NCBI GenBank assembly: GCA_051819665.1
Contig: JBNJDG010000003.1
Span: 1-56,098 of the forward strand
Direction of reading: 5' to 3'
From: Nanobdellota archaeon
GTDB taxonomy: Archaea; Nanobdellota; Nanobdellia; Woesearchaeales; CAZZGN01
DNA length: 56,098 bases
The notes under the pieces are model-generated. The model was not told the DNA's origin. It did not search any database and worked only from the letters and a program-made list of their open reading frames with translations. The translations under genes were made by a program, and so were the position numbers. Of the stretch, positions 24,137 through 32,302 are shown piece by piece. Numbering within the stretch: the stretch's first letter is position 1; every line of letters starts with the position of its first letter.

Positions 24137-26572
24137 TTACTTTTTAAGCTTTTTGGTGTCCATGCTCATGATGAGGATCAATATTATCAGTATCACTACA
24201 CCAAAGACTATGTAGATGAGATAGACCTTGAAATAGGAATTTACCTTATCCCAGAGCCCTTCAAGCATGCCTGTCTCCTTGTCCCTCACCAGAAGCGTCA
24301 TCTCTGGTGTCGTCACACTTGCTCCGGCTTCATCCTCTGCCCTGAACTTGACGAAATCCACACCGTGCCATCCTTCTTTAGGCTCCAGATATGCTGTACC
24401 TTCACTTATGGTCACATTGACATTCTCCGGCTCGGTCGAAGAGAAAGTGAGCTCATCACCATCAGGATCCTTAAACATGGAATCAAGATCAACTTCATGC
24501 ACTTTATTCTTATCCCATATCTGATATTGAGGAGATCCTGTTAGGTTATTCTCCTTCACATGCTCATAAAGCCTCTCTTCCTCAGGCACGGTCTGGTTGA
24601 CCTTTTCGACAACTTTATCCTCTGTCTCATTCTCGACTGTCTCATTTACCTTACCGGCCGCAGGCGCATAGCTCTGATAGAAGAGATATCCTCCAACAAG
24701 GAACAATAATATTATGAGAAAGACCAGGATCCATGTCTTTGACCCTTTCCTCTTCTTTCTCTTTTTCCTCTTTGGTGCTTTCCCCTTCACAGACTTTGTC
24801 ATGTCCTTCTTATGCCTTTTCGGCTTTCTCGGTCTTGAAGCTATCCAGTATACCAGGCCGAATAGAATCAAGATAAGGACAACGACAAGAACCTTATTAT
24901 ACTTAAAGAAAAGTTCCGCCTTATCAACCCAGGTCTTATCCTTCAGCTCAAAGGGAAGATCCTTAGAGAAGACATAACCATTATCAGCCTCTATATCGAG
25001 AGTTATATTATATACTCCTGCTGGGGTTGAATTATCATGGCTGCTCTCGAACCAGACAGTCGTAGTCATACCAGGCTCAAGAGAAGTCTCTCCCTTGTAA
25101 TATTCCATCCATGAAGGAGTTTCCGCATCAATATCATAGTCTGATGCTCTAAGGCCTGTATTCTTTATCTTCAGGACCATGCCTTCCTTATCATAGAAGA
25201 GCTTATCATGCTCAAGCTCAATATCAAGCTCATGGCATTCTTCCCTGCTCACAAAATCTGCAGTCATTGAAGCGCTTTCAGTATGATTAGCAGGAGCCCT
25301 TGTCTCTACAGATACCTCTTCTGAACTTATATTCCCACAATCCTTGTCCACATTTACAGATATACTCTTCGAGTCTGAAGGCGCAAGGGTGACCTGTTCT
25401 TCCGATAACCCATGTTCAGATGAGAGGGTGATCGTATTATTCCTTGAAGCGGTATTTGTCAGTGTAGCTTCATAAACATTCTCGCCGCAGCATGACTTTG
25501 CTTTTTCGGGCATGCTTATCTCATGTGAGTAGCAATCTTCCACCTTCACCGTAAGGTTCTTCTCTGAAACAAGGTCTCCCCTCACAGAGGTTATCCTCAC
25601 CGGGAAAGTGTATGTACTCCTGTCGCCATCATCCGGCCTGAAAACAATATTGCTCATGCCTGACTCATTCCCGTGTACAGAGACAGAGGAATTCTCCGGG
25701 AAGATCCAGTCTTCATTATCAAGGGTCTCAATCTTATAAGTGTTAGAGAGATAAACCTCATTATTCACCCTCAGAGGTATTGCGGATACATCATTCTCAC
25801 AGAAAGCGTATTCTCCGTCAGAGGAATAATCCGCTCCATCCTGATCATATTTCCCGAAATCCGCCGAGTAATTATACTTCCTGTTTATATCAACGAAAAA
25901 TGGATACTCTTCCTTTATATTAGCATCCTTGGATTCCACAGTGAACTTGGCCTCCTGTAGGCCGTATACATCACAGGGATAGGATACATAAGCTGATACT
26001 GTCTCTGACTCCCCTGGTTGAAGGAAAAAGTCGTCCTGAGTGAATTCGACATAGTCAGAGGGTATATCCCTTGTCCCCATCATATAAACTTCATTATGTT
26101 TCCCGGTATTGGTAACTTCCATATCGAATTTAGTGGCTATACAGGGATCATTGGAGAAACTGTTCCCGAGAAGGAATTCCGTCTCGATATTATCACATTT
26201 ATTGGAATCAACGGATTTTGTATATACTTTCCTGAGCCCGCTATCCGTCTCTATGATTATCTCATATGAGAATTCTCTCTCCTCGCCACATGGAGGATCG
26301 ACCATAGCCATTATTGAGTCACTTTCACCAGGCTTAAGGACAACAAGATCCCTGGAGAGGCTTACATGGTCAGTTCCCTTGATACCAATCTCATAAGCTA
26401 CCTCGAAATCCCCTGTATTCTTCAACTCAAGACTGTCCTCGTAAGGAACACAGGAGCAGGTATCCAGATCCTTGAATGTCGTGCTTAACTCAACATCATC
26501 TTCAAGAGCGGACACGCTCAAAGGAAGAAGTAACAATAACATTGTGATTATGAAAATATTCTTTTTTACCAT
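24137..26572 (-). CDS. Large cell-surface protein with a signal peptide, about 6 Cys-containing beta-sandwich (CARDB-like) repeats, two TM helices flanking a poly-Lys loop, a further Ig/cadherin-like domain, and a C-terminal TM anchor
   Basis: Signal peptide MVKKNIFIITMLLLLLPLSVSALE, repeated domain pattern with many N-x-S/T sequons, RPRKPKRHKK...KRKKRKKRKGSK between two hydrophobic helices, and DPDGDELTF in the distal domain. Confidence 0.7.
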   Translation of the reverse strand: MVKKNIFIITMLLLLLPLSVSALEDDVELSTTFKDLDTCSCVPYEDSLELKNTGDFEVAYEIGIKGTDHVSLSRDLVVLKPGESDSIMAMVDPPCGEEREFSYEIIIETDSGLRKVYTKSVDSNKCDNIETEFLLGNSFSNDPCIATKFDMEVTNTGKHNEVYMMGTRDIPSDYVEFTQDDFFLQPGESETVSAYVSYPCDVYGLQEAKFTVESKDANIKEEYPFFVDINRKYNYSADFGKYDQDGADYSSDGEYAFCENDVSAIPLRVNNEVYLSNTYKIETLDNEDWIFPENSSVSVHGNESGMSNIVFRPDDGDRSTYTFPVRITSVRGDLVSEKNLTVKVEDCYSHEISMPEKAKSCCGENVYEATLTNTASRNNTITLSSEHGLSEEQVTLAPSDSKSISVNVDKDCGNISSEEVSVETRAPANHTESASMTADFVSREECHELDIELEHDKLFYDKEGMVLKIKNTGLRASDYDIDAETPSWMEYYKGETSLEPGMTTTVWFESSHDNSTPAGVYNITLDIEADNGYVFSKDLPFELKDKTWVDKAELFFKYNKVLVVVLILILFGLVYWIASRPRKPKRHKKDMTKSVKGKAPKRKKRKKRKGSKTWILVFLIILLFLVGGYLFYQSYAPAAGKVNETVENETEDKVVEKVNQTVPEEERLYEHVKENNLTGSPQYQIWDKNKVHEVDLDSMFKDPDGDELTFSSTEPENVNVTISEGTAYLEPKEGWHGVDFVKFRAEDEAGASVTTPEMTLLVRDKETGMLEGLWDKVNSYFKVYLIYIVFGVVILIILILIMSMDTKKLKK

Positions 26573-26724
26573 GGTTTCCCCCTATAATGTTACCATTTAG
26601 GAATGAAAACTAATATATAAAGCTTTTGGAAACAAGAATATCCATTATCCTTCCGGAGACCCATTGATAGGGCAATAGAACCTACAGAACCATAAAAAGT
26701 ATAATAAAGAAATATTAAATCAGA

Positions 26725-26738
26725 CTGAAAAAAATCAG
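26725..26738 (-). terminator. T7 tract (minus strand) flanked by the short inverted repeat CTGA/TCAG, about 40 nt downstream of the ferritin stop. Probable archaeal oligo-T terminator of the oxidative-stress operon.
   Basis: An A7 run at 26728-26734 on the plus strand. Archaeal termination commonly uses oligo-T. Confidence 0.4.
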
Positions 26739-26771
26739 GCCGGAAAACACCAGCCATTAATAAGAAGAGGT

Positions 26772-27260
26772 TTAACGTGCAGATAATTCCTTATCAACCA
26801 TCAAGAGACCATTGGAAGAATCCTTGACCCTCTTCAGCTTCTTGACGATCTCATCAACACTCGATTCCTCCTCTACCTGCTCATCTATGAACCAGTTAAG
26901 GAAAGACCTTGTCGCAAACTCTTCCTCTTCCTCTGCAAGTTTGGCGAGATCATTGATCATCTTAGTCACTTTCTGCTCATGCGCATAAGCTTCCTCGAAT
27001 GCTTCCAGAGCCGAAGACCAGGAGGACTTGGGATTCTCTATCGCTTCAAGATTCACCCTTCCTCCTCTCTCTACGATATGATCAAATAGCTTCATCGCAT
27101 GCTCTTTCTCTTCCTCTGCCTGTTTCCTCATCCAGCTTGCAGCTCCGGGGAGGTCTATATCCTCCATGTAAGCCGACATAGCCAGATAAAGATAGCCGGA
27201 GTAAAGTTCCTTGTTTATCTGTCCGTTCAATGCTTTCTGCATCTTCTCTTTTATCTCCAT
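26772..27260 (-). CDS. ftn: Ferritin (non-haem, ferroxidase di-iron centre)
   Basis: LNGQINKELYSGYLYLAMSAY, EEEKEHAMKL and YAHEQKVT motifs. Confidence 0.88.
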   Translation of the reverse strand: MEIKEKMQKALNGQINKELYSGYLYLAMSAYMEDIDLPGAASWMRKQAEEEKEHAMKLFDHIVERGGRVNLEAIENPKSSWSSALEAFEEAYAHEQKVTKMINDLAKLAEEEEEFATRSFLNWFIDEQVEEESSVDEIVKKLKRVKDSSNGLLMVDKELSAR

Positions 27261-27270
27261 TCATATCACC

Positions 27271-27882
27271 TTATCTGTTCGTGTAAAGATAGTTTACCTG
27301 ATCCCAGTTGATCACATTAAAAAATGCTTCGATGTAGTCAGGCCTTTTATTCCTGTATTTCAGGTAGTAAGCATGCTCCCAGACATCAATCGTCAGGAGA
27401 GGCTTGAAACCATGGGAGATAGGTGTCTCCTGATTTGAGGTGGACATTATCTTAAGGTTTCCCTCCTTGTCTTTCACAAGCCATGCCCAGCCGCTCCCGA
27501 ACTGTCCTTTGGCAGCCTCGGAGAACTTCTGCCTGAAAGCATCATAGCCCCCAAATTCTTTCTTTATAGCTTCCGCTATCGGCCCTTCAAATGCAGTATC
27601 CTTCTTCAATACCTTCCAGAAGAGCTTATGATTCACGAAGCCGCCCCCGTGATCCCTGATCTTTTTCCTGAGCTCTTCAGGAGCATCTTCAACCCCGGCC
27701 ACTATCTCCTCGGCAGATTGTCCTTCGAACTCTTCCCTGCCCTTTATCGCCACGTTGAATTTATCAAGATAAGCCTGGTGATGCTTATCATGATGGAGCT
27801 TCATCGTCTCCTCATCGATATATGGCTCTAAAGCGTCATAATCGTATCCTAAATCCGGCAATTCAAATTGTACCATCTTCAT
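27271..27882 (-). CDS. sod: Fe/Mn superoxide dismutase
   Basis: LPDLGYDYDALEPYID, HHDKHHQAY and DVWEHAYYLKY motifs. Confidence 0.93.
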   Translation of the reverse strand: MKMVQFELPDLGYDYDALEPYIDEETMKLHHDKHHQAYLDKFNVAIKGREEFEGQSAEEIVAGVEDAPEELRKKIRDHGGGFVNHKLFWKVLKKDTAFEGPIAEAIKKEFGGYDAFRQKFSEAAKGQFGSGWAWLVKDKEGNLKIMSTSNQETPISHGFKPLLTIDVWEHAYYLKYRNKRPDYIEAFFNVINWDQVNYLYTNR

Positions 27883-27887
27883 TCACC

Positions 27888-28457
27888 TCATATTTTTCCT
27901 ACCAGGTCTGTGCCCGGCTTAAGTGTCTCACCACCTGGTTTCCAGTTCATCGGACAGGCCTCTCCGCCATGCTCTCTGACGTACTTGGCCGCCTGTATCT
28001 TCCTGATCAGCTCATCGACATTCCTTCCTATATCGTTATGGTGAAACTCGAAAGCCTTCACATTACCATCCGGGTCTATCAGGTATGTTGCCCTGAGAGA
28101 GACTCCCTCGTTCTCTATCAGAGTCCCGTACTCCTTGGTGACTCTCCGGGCCGGGTCCGAAAGCATCGGGAAATTGACCTTCTTGATCGTCTCTGAATTA
28201 TCATGCCATGCCTTATGGACATAAGCAGTATCCCCGCTCACGGATATAACTTCTGCACCCAATTCCTTGAACTTCTCGTAGTTGTCTGCAAGCTCTCCAA
28301 GCTCTGTAGGGCATACAAAGGTAAAATCGGCAGGGTAGAAAAAAAGCACTACCCATTTCCCCTTATAATCACCAAGGCTGATTTTCTTTATATCCCCATC
28401 CACAAAAGCTTCCTCTGTAAATTCGGGAGCCTTCTCATCTATATTCAACATTTTCAT
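27888..28457 (-). CDS. ahpC: Typical 2-Cys peroxiredoxin (AhpC/Prx1 type)
   Basis: FYPADFTFVCPTE (peroxidatic Cys) and a C-terminal GEACPMNWKPG (resolving Cys). Confidence 0.9.
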   Translation of the reverse strand: MKMLNIDEKAPEFTEEAFVDGDIKKISLGDYKGKWVVLFFYPADFTFVCPTELGELADNYEKFKELGAEVISVSGDTAYVHKAWHDNSETIKKVNFPMLSDPARRVTKEYGTLIENEGVSLRATYLIDPDGNVKAFEFHHNDIGRNVDELIRKIQAAKYVREHGGEACPMNWKPGGETLKPGTDLVGKI

Positions 28458-28462
28458 TCACC

Positions 28463-29125
28463 TCATTTATAACAGAACCACCAGTCCTTGCATTCGTACC
28501 CGTCCTGTTCTTTCCTCTTATTGACCTCTGTCACATTGCTTGCAGGAGGAAGTATAACCTTATCACCTATAAGCCCATTATTTGGCCAGTCTGCCGGCAT
28601 GGCTACCTTCTCCTCATCAGACTTCCTGAAAGCCCTGACCATACGTAAGATCTCGTCTATGTTCCTGCCGAGCTCCTGCGGATAATAGAGCATCGCCCTT
28701 AAGACCCCCTGAGGATCGACTATGAACACAGCTCTCACTGTATTGGAGCCCTTATCAGGATGGATCATGCCGAGCTTCTTTGCCACATTCCCATGATCGG
28801 CTATTATCGGGAACTCTATATTGACATCAAGATTATCCTTTATCCATTCGGTCCATTTCATATGGGAGAAGACCTGATCTATGGAAAGACCTATGAGTTC
28901 AGCTCCCTCTTTCCTGAAATCCTCGTACCTCTCCTGGAAAGCAGCAAATTCTGTCGTACATACCGGCGTGAAATCAGCCGGGTGGCTGAAGAGCACGAAC
29001 CATTTCCCCTTATAATCAGTCGGGAGTATAAGGTCTCCGTGTGTTGTATGTGTCGAAAGATCCGGAAACTTGGATCCTATCTGTGGCATCATATTATCAT
29101 TCTCCATTGCTAACACCTCACTCAT
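28463..29125 (-). CDS. Peroxiredoxin (Prx6-like/archaeal 1-Cys-type)
   Basis: [15 protein letters not shown] and PADWP motifs. Confidence 0.88.
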   Translation of the reverse strand: MSEVLAMENDNMMPQIGSKFPDLSTHTTHGDLILPTDYKGKWFVLFSHPADFTPVCTTEFAAFQERYEDFRKEGAELIGLSIDQVFSHMKWTEWIKDNLDVNIEFPIIADHGNVAKKLGMIHPDKGSNTVRAVFIVDPQGVLRAMLYYPQELGRNIDEILRMVRAFRKSDEEKVAMPADWPNNGLIGDKVILPPASNVTEVNKRKEQDGYECKDWWFCYK

Positions 29126-29210
29126 TCTTCTGACCTCTTTTCTATCACGAGATCAACATATAATTCTTCCATGAATATCACCCCTTTAACAGGAAAATCA
29201 CCAGAGAGAA

Positions 29211-29603
29211 TCACCCTGATGCATTGCACCTCCCTCTCAAGATTATCTTTGCAGAATCTATGCTGTAATCATTCCCCAGTCTCTTCTTTATCATATCAAA
29301 AACATGCTCATCCTTTATGTCATAGATCTCCCCTGTCTCTTTGCAAAGGAAATGTATATGATTCTCTGTATCAGCATCAAAACGGAATTCGTTATCTATC
29401 TTGAACCTTAATGCCCTGCCTTCCTCTACAAGCACGTTGAGATTCCTGTATACTGTAGCCAGGGTTATAGCAGGAAGCTCTTTCTTCACTTCCTCATAAA
29501 CCTGCTCAGCCGTAGGATGGCACCTGACACTCCTAAGATATTCAAGGATCTTCATCCTCTGATTCGTCATCCTTCTTTTCTTATTATTGATAACCATTAT
29601 CAA
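29211..29603 (-). CDS. fur: Fur-family (Fur/PerR-like) metal-dependent transcriptional repressor
   Basis: MTNQRMKILEYL ... HPTAEQVYEEV ... ATVYRNLNVL DNA-binding domain. An alternative start is at Met12 (29570). Confidence 0.85.
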   Translation of the reverse strand: MIMVINNKKRRMTNQRMKILEYLRSVRCHPTAEQVYEEVKKELPAITLATVYRNLNVLVEEGRALRFKIDNEFRFDADTENHIHFLCKETGEIYDIKDEHVFDMIKKRLGNDYSIDSAKIILRGRCNASG

Positions 29604-29615
29604 TTGATAATCATT
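29588..29615. promoter_or_regulatory. Overlapping Fur-box-like palindromes: TGATAACCATTATCA (29588-29602), the perfect 16-bp ATTATCAATTGATAAT (29596-29611), and TGATAATCATT (29605-29615)
   Basis: Close to the classical GATAATGATAATCATTATC Fur consensus. Located at the 5' end of the fur gene, just downstream of a TATTTAAAT box (29621-29630). Confidence 0.6.
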
Positions 29616-29716
29616 TCTGATATTTAAATGTTATGAAAGTTTCCCTTCTTTACACCAGAGAGTAATAAAATATTCTTAAATAATATGAATAAAAGCGGAA
29701 AGAACAAGGTGATTAT

Positions 29717-30913
29717 ATGGACCCGATTATCATGAAATCAATAGTAATAGCAATAGTAGTAATTACCGTATGTTTCCTTGTCTATCTAAAGTTCAGGAAC
29801 AGCATGGTCACTAAAGCAGTCATAATATCAGGTTATACAGCAATTATAGTCGGAATCATAGGTGTCATAATGGGAGCCAATAAGCTATCGGCCCTTCAGG
29901 CATTCGGTGTATTCAATATAAGTGCCGTACTGGTAGTACCTTTCATAATACTCTATGGCCTGAAATATCTTATAAAACCGGCTGAAGAGATAAAGAAGAA
30001 GATGAAGAGCCTCTCCGAGAACAATCTTTCCGAAAGGATAGAACATAAAGCGAAAGATGAATTCGGAGATATCGGAAGAAGTTATAACTCGGCAATGGAT
30101 AATCTTTCAGAGCTCCTCAATAACATCAAGGAATCAGTTGAAAACACCTCTTCCATGACAGAAAAACTGAGTTCCACATCCGAAGAGGTCAACGCATCGA
30201 TGCAGCAGGTCAGTTCTACAGTACAGGAAGTATCTAAAGGAGCCCAGAACACCTCTAAAAGTGCCGGCGAAGCCCAGAACGCTTCCAAGAAAACATCCAA
30301 TTCTGCAAAGAAAGGAAGTGATGCCGCTAACAAAGTGAAGGAAAAGATGGATACAATCTCCTCTACTACTAAAGAAGGGACCGAAAAGGTCAAGGCTTTG
30401 GGAGATAAATCCAAGCAGATAAACGAGATCGTCGATACTATCAACGATATCTCCGAACAGACAAACCTGCTTGCGCTCAATGCAGCTATCGAGGCAGCAA
30501 GAGCAGGAGAAGCCGGAAGAGGCTTCGCTGTCGTAGCTGACGAGGTAAGGAAACTTGCAGAACAGTCAGGAAAAGCCACAGGAAAGATCTCTGACCTGAT
30601 AAACAAGATACAGGAAGAGATCAACACTTCCGTAGAAAGCATGGATAAAAACACTAAACAGGTTGAGGAAGGAACTTCGGCTGTACAGGAAGCTCTCGTG
30701 GCTTTCGAGGAGATACCTGCTCTTGTCCAGAACGTAGACAAACAGCTTTCGGACATGTCCTCTGTAGCCGAGGAGAACGCCGCCGGTAGTGAAGAGGTGA
30801 GCAGTTCCGTTGAAGAAGTGACCAGCTCGATGCAGCAGGTCAGCGACTCTGCTCAGGAATTATCCAAGAGCTCGGAAAAACTAAAAGAGATGGTCTCCAA
30901 ATTCCAGACCTGA
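29717..30913 (+). CDS. Methyl-accepting chemotaxis protein (2 TM + HAMP + MCP signalling domain)
   Basis: Highly conserved hairpin tip [45 protein letters not shown] Shine-Dalgarno upstream. Confidence 0.9.
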   Translation: MDPIIMKSIVIAIVVITVCFLVYLKFRNSMVTKAVIISGYTAIIVGIIGVIMGANKLSALQAFGVFNISAVLVVPFIILYGLKYLIKPAEEIKKKMKSLSENNLSERIEHKAKDEFGDIGRSYNSAMDNLSELLNNIKESVENTSSMTEKLSSTSEEVNASMQQVSSTVQEVSKGAQNTSKSAGEAQNASKKTSNSAKKGSDAANKVKEKMDTISSTTKEGTEKVKALGDKSKQINEIVDTINDISEQTNLLALNAAIEAARAGEAGRGFAVVADEVRKLAEQSGKATGKISDLINKIQEEINTSVESMDKNTKQVEEGTSAVQEALVAFEEIPALVQNVDKQLSDMSSVAEENAAGSEEVSSSVEEVTSSMQQVSDSAQELSKSSEKLKEMVSKFQT

Positions 30914-30958
30914 TTTTTCCCCAATTTATTTAAAACATCTCTTTCTCCTTCTTTCTTC

Positions 30959-32302
30959 ATGATAGAGATAAGGACCATAGGAGGATATGGAGAAGTAGGT
31001 AAGAACTGTACCGCCATAAGGATAGATGATGATGTGATCCTGATGGATATGGGCGTTCATCTGGAGAATTATATAAACCATACAGAAGACGAGGATATAA
31101 GAAACATCTCTGCCGATGAGCTCATAGACAGCAAAGCCATACCTGATATAGACAGATTGGGTGACTGGACAGGGAAAGTCAAGGCCATTGTCCCGACCCA
31201 TGCTCATCTTGACCACATAGGGGCTGTCCCTTTCCTAAGTAATGAATTCGAGGCTGATATACTCTGCACACCTTTCACCAAGGAGGTGCTTGAAGAGATC
31301 CTGAGGAATGAGAGCATCGGGCTCAAGAATGATATCAAATCCGTAAATGTAAACTCGAGCCAAAGGATAAACAAGAACCTCGGCATTGAGTTCATCAATA
31401 TAACCCATTCCACACCGCAGACAGCCATAGCTGTCCTCCACACACCTTACGGAGCTGTTGTATATGCCAATGATTTCAAGATAGACAATTTCCCCACTCA
31501 CGGACAGAGACCGAATCTCGAGAGACTCAAAGAGATAAGGGAAAAAGAGGGAGTCAAAGCACTGATCGTAGATTCATTGTATGCGGACAGCCCGAGGAAA
31601 ACACCTTCCGAAGAGGTAGCCAGGACCATGCTCAAGGATGTTCTGCTCTCTGTAGAGTCTGAAGAGAAAGGCATCATCATAACTACCTTCTCATCCCATA
31701 TAGCAAGACTGAGGTCGATAGTCCAGCTCGCGAAAGAAGTGAACAGGAAGGTCTTTTTTATCGGAAGGAGTCTCTCAAAGTATATAAATGCTGCAAAGGA
31801 AGCAGGCATAGCTGAGTTCACTGAAAATACAGAGATGGTCAAGTACGGGAAACAGATCAGGAAGAAACTGAAGAATATAGACAAGAAGAACAGCATCATC
31901 GTATGCACCGGCCATCAGGGAGAGAAGAAAGCTGTCCTGAACCGGATAGCCCAGGAGGAACTGGAATTCAACTTCGAGAAAGACGATATAGTTATATTCT
32001 CATGCAATGTGATTCCTACATTGATGAACCAGGAGAACAGGGAGGAACTCGAAAACTCATTGAGGGACAGGGGTGCGAGGATCTTCAGGGATATCCATGT
32101 GAGCGGTCACGGCTCGAGGGAAGACCTTAGGGATATGTTGAACCTTCTCAGACCGGATAATATAATCCCCGCCCACAGCAATCTTGAGAAGGCAGGGTTT
32201 ATGGCAGACCTTGCAGATGAGATGGGTTTTAAGAATACTATCCTCCTGAAGAACGACCAGAGTGTCAGTCTTGATCCTGAACAAAATCAAGACCTTTCCT
32301 GA
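30959..32302 (+). CDS. rnj: Archaeal RNase J (metallo-beta-lactamase/beta-CASP ribonuclease)
   Basis: VPTHAHLDHIGAVP (HxHxDH), DSLYAD, and a C-terminal HVSGHGSREDL. Confidence 0.88.
   Translation: MIEIRTIGGYGEVGKNCTAIRIDDDVILMDMGVHLENYINHTEDEDIRNISADELIDSKAIPDIDRLGDWTGKVKAIVPTHAHLDHIGAVPFLSNEFEADILCTPFTKEVLEEILRNESIGLKNDIKSVNVNSSQRINKNLGIEFINITHSTPQTAIAVLHTPYGAVVYANDFKIDNFPTHGQRPNLERLKEIREKEGVKALIVDSLYADSPRKTPSEEVARTMLKDVLLSVESEEKGIIITTFSSHIARLRSIVQLAKEVNRKVFFIGRSLSKYINAAKEAGIAEFTENTEMVKYGKQIRKKLKNIDKKNSIIVCTGHQGEKKAVLNRIAQEELEFNFEKDDIVIFSCNVIPTLMNQENREELENSLRDRGARIFRDIHVSGHGSREDLRDMLNLLRPDNIIPAHSNLEKAGFMADLADEMGFKNTILLKNDQSVSLDPEQNQDLS

Noticed and set aside
30082-30756. Long antisense ORFs inside well-supported genes. 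Examples are 30082..30756(-) in the MCP gene, 44728..45405(-) in pheS, 5124..5684(-) in dus, 8322..8783(-) in the amidase gene, 34104..34790(-) in pcn, 40865..41620(+) and 42371..42829(+) in hef, and 20101..21294(-) pieces in the ligase fusion.
   Set aside because: They translate to Ser/Leu/Phe-rich low-complexity sequence with no motifs. They arise because the purine-rich (GAA/AAG/GAG) sense strand leaves the antisense frame free of stop codons. In every case the opposite-strand gene carries strong family signatures.
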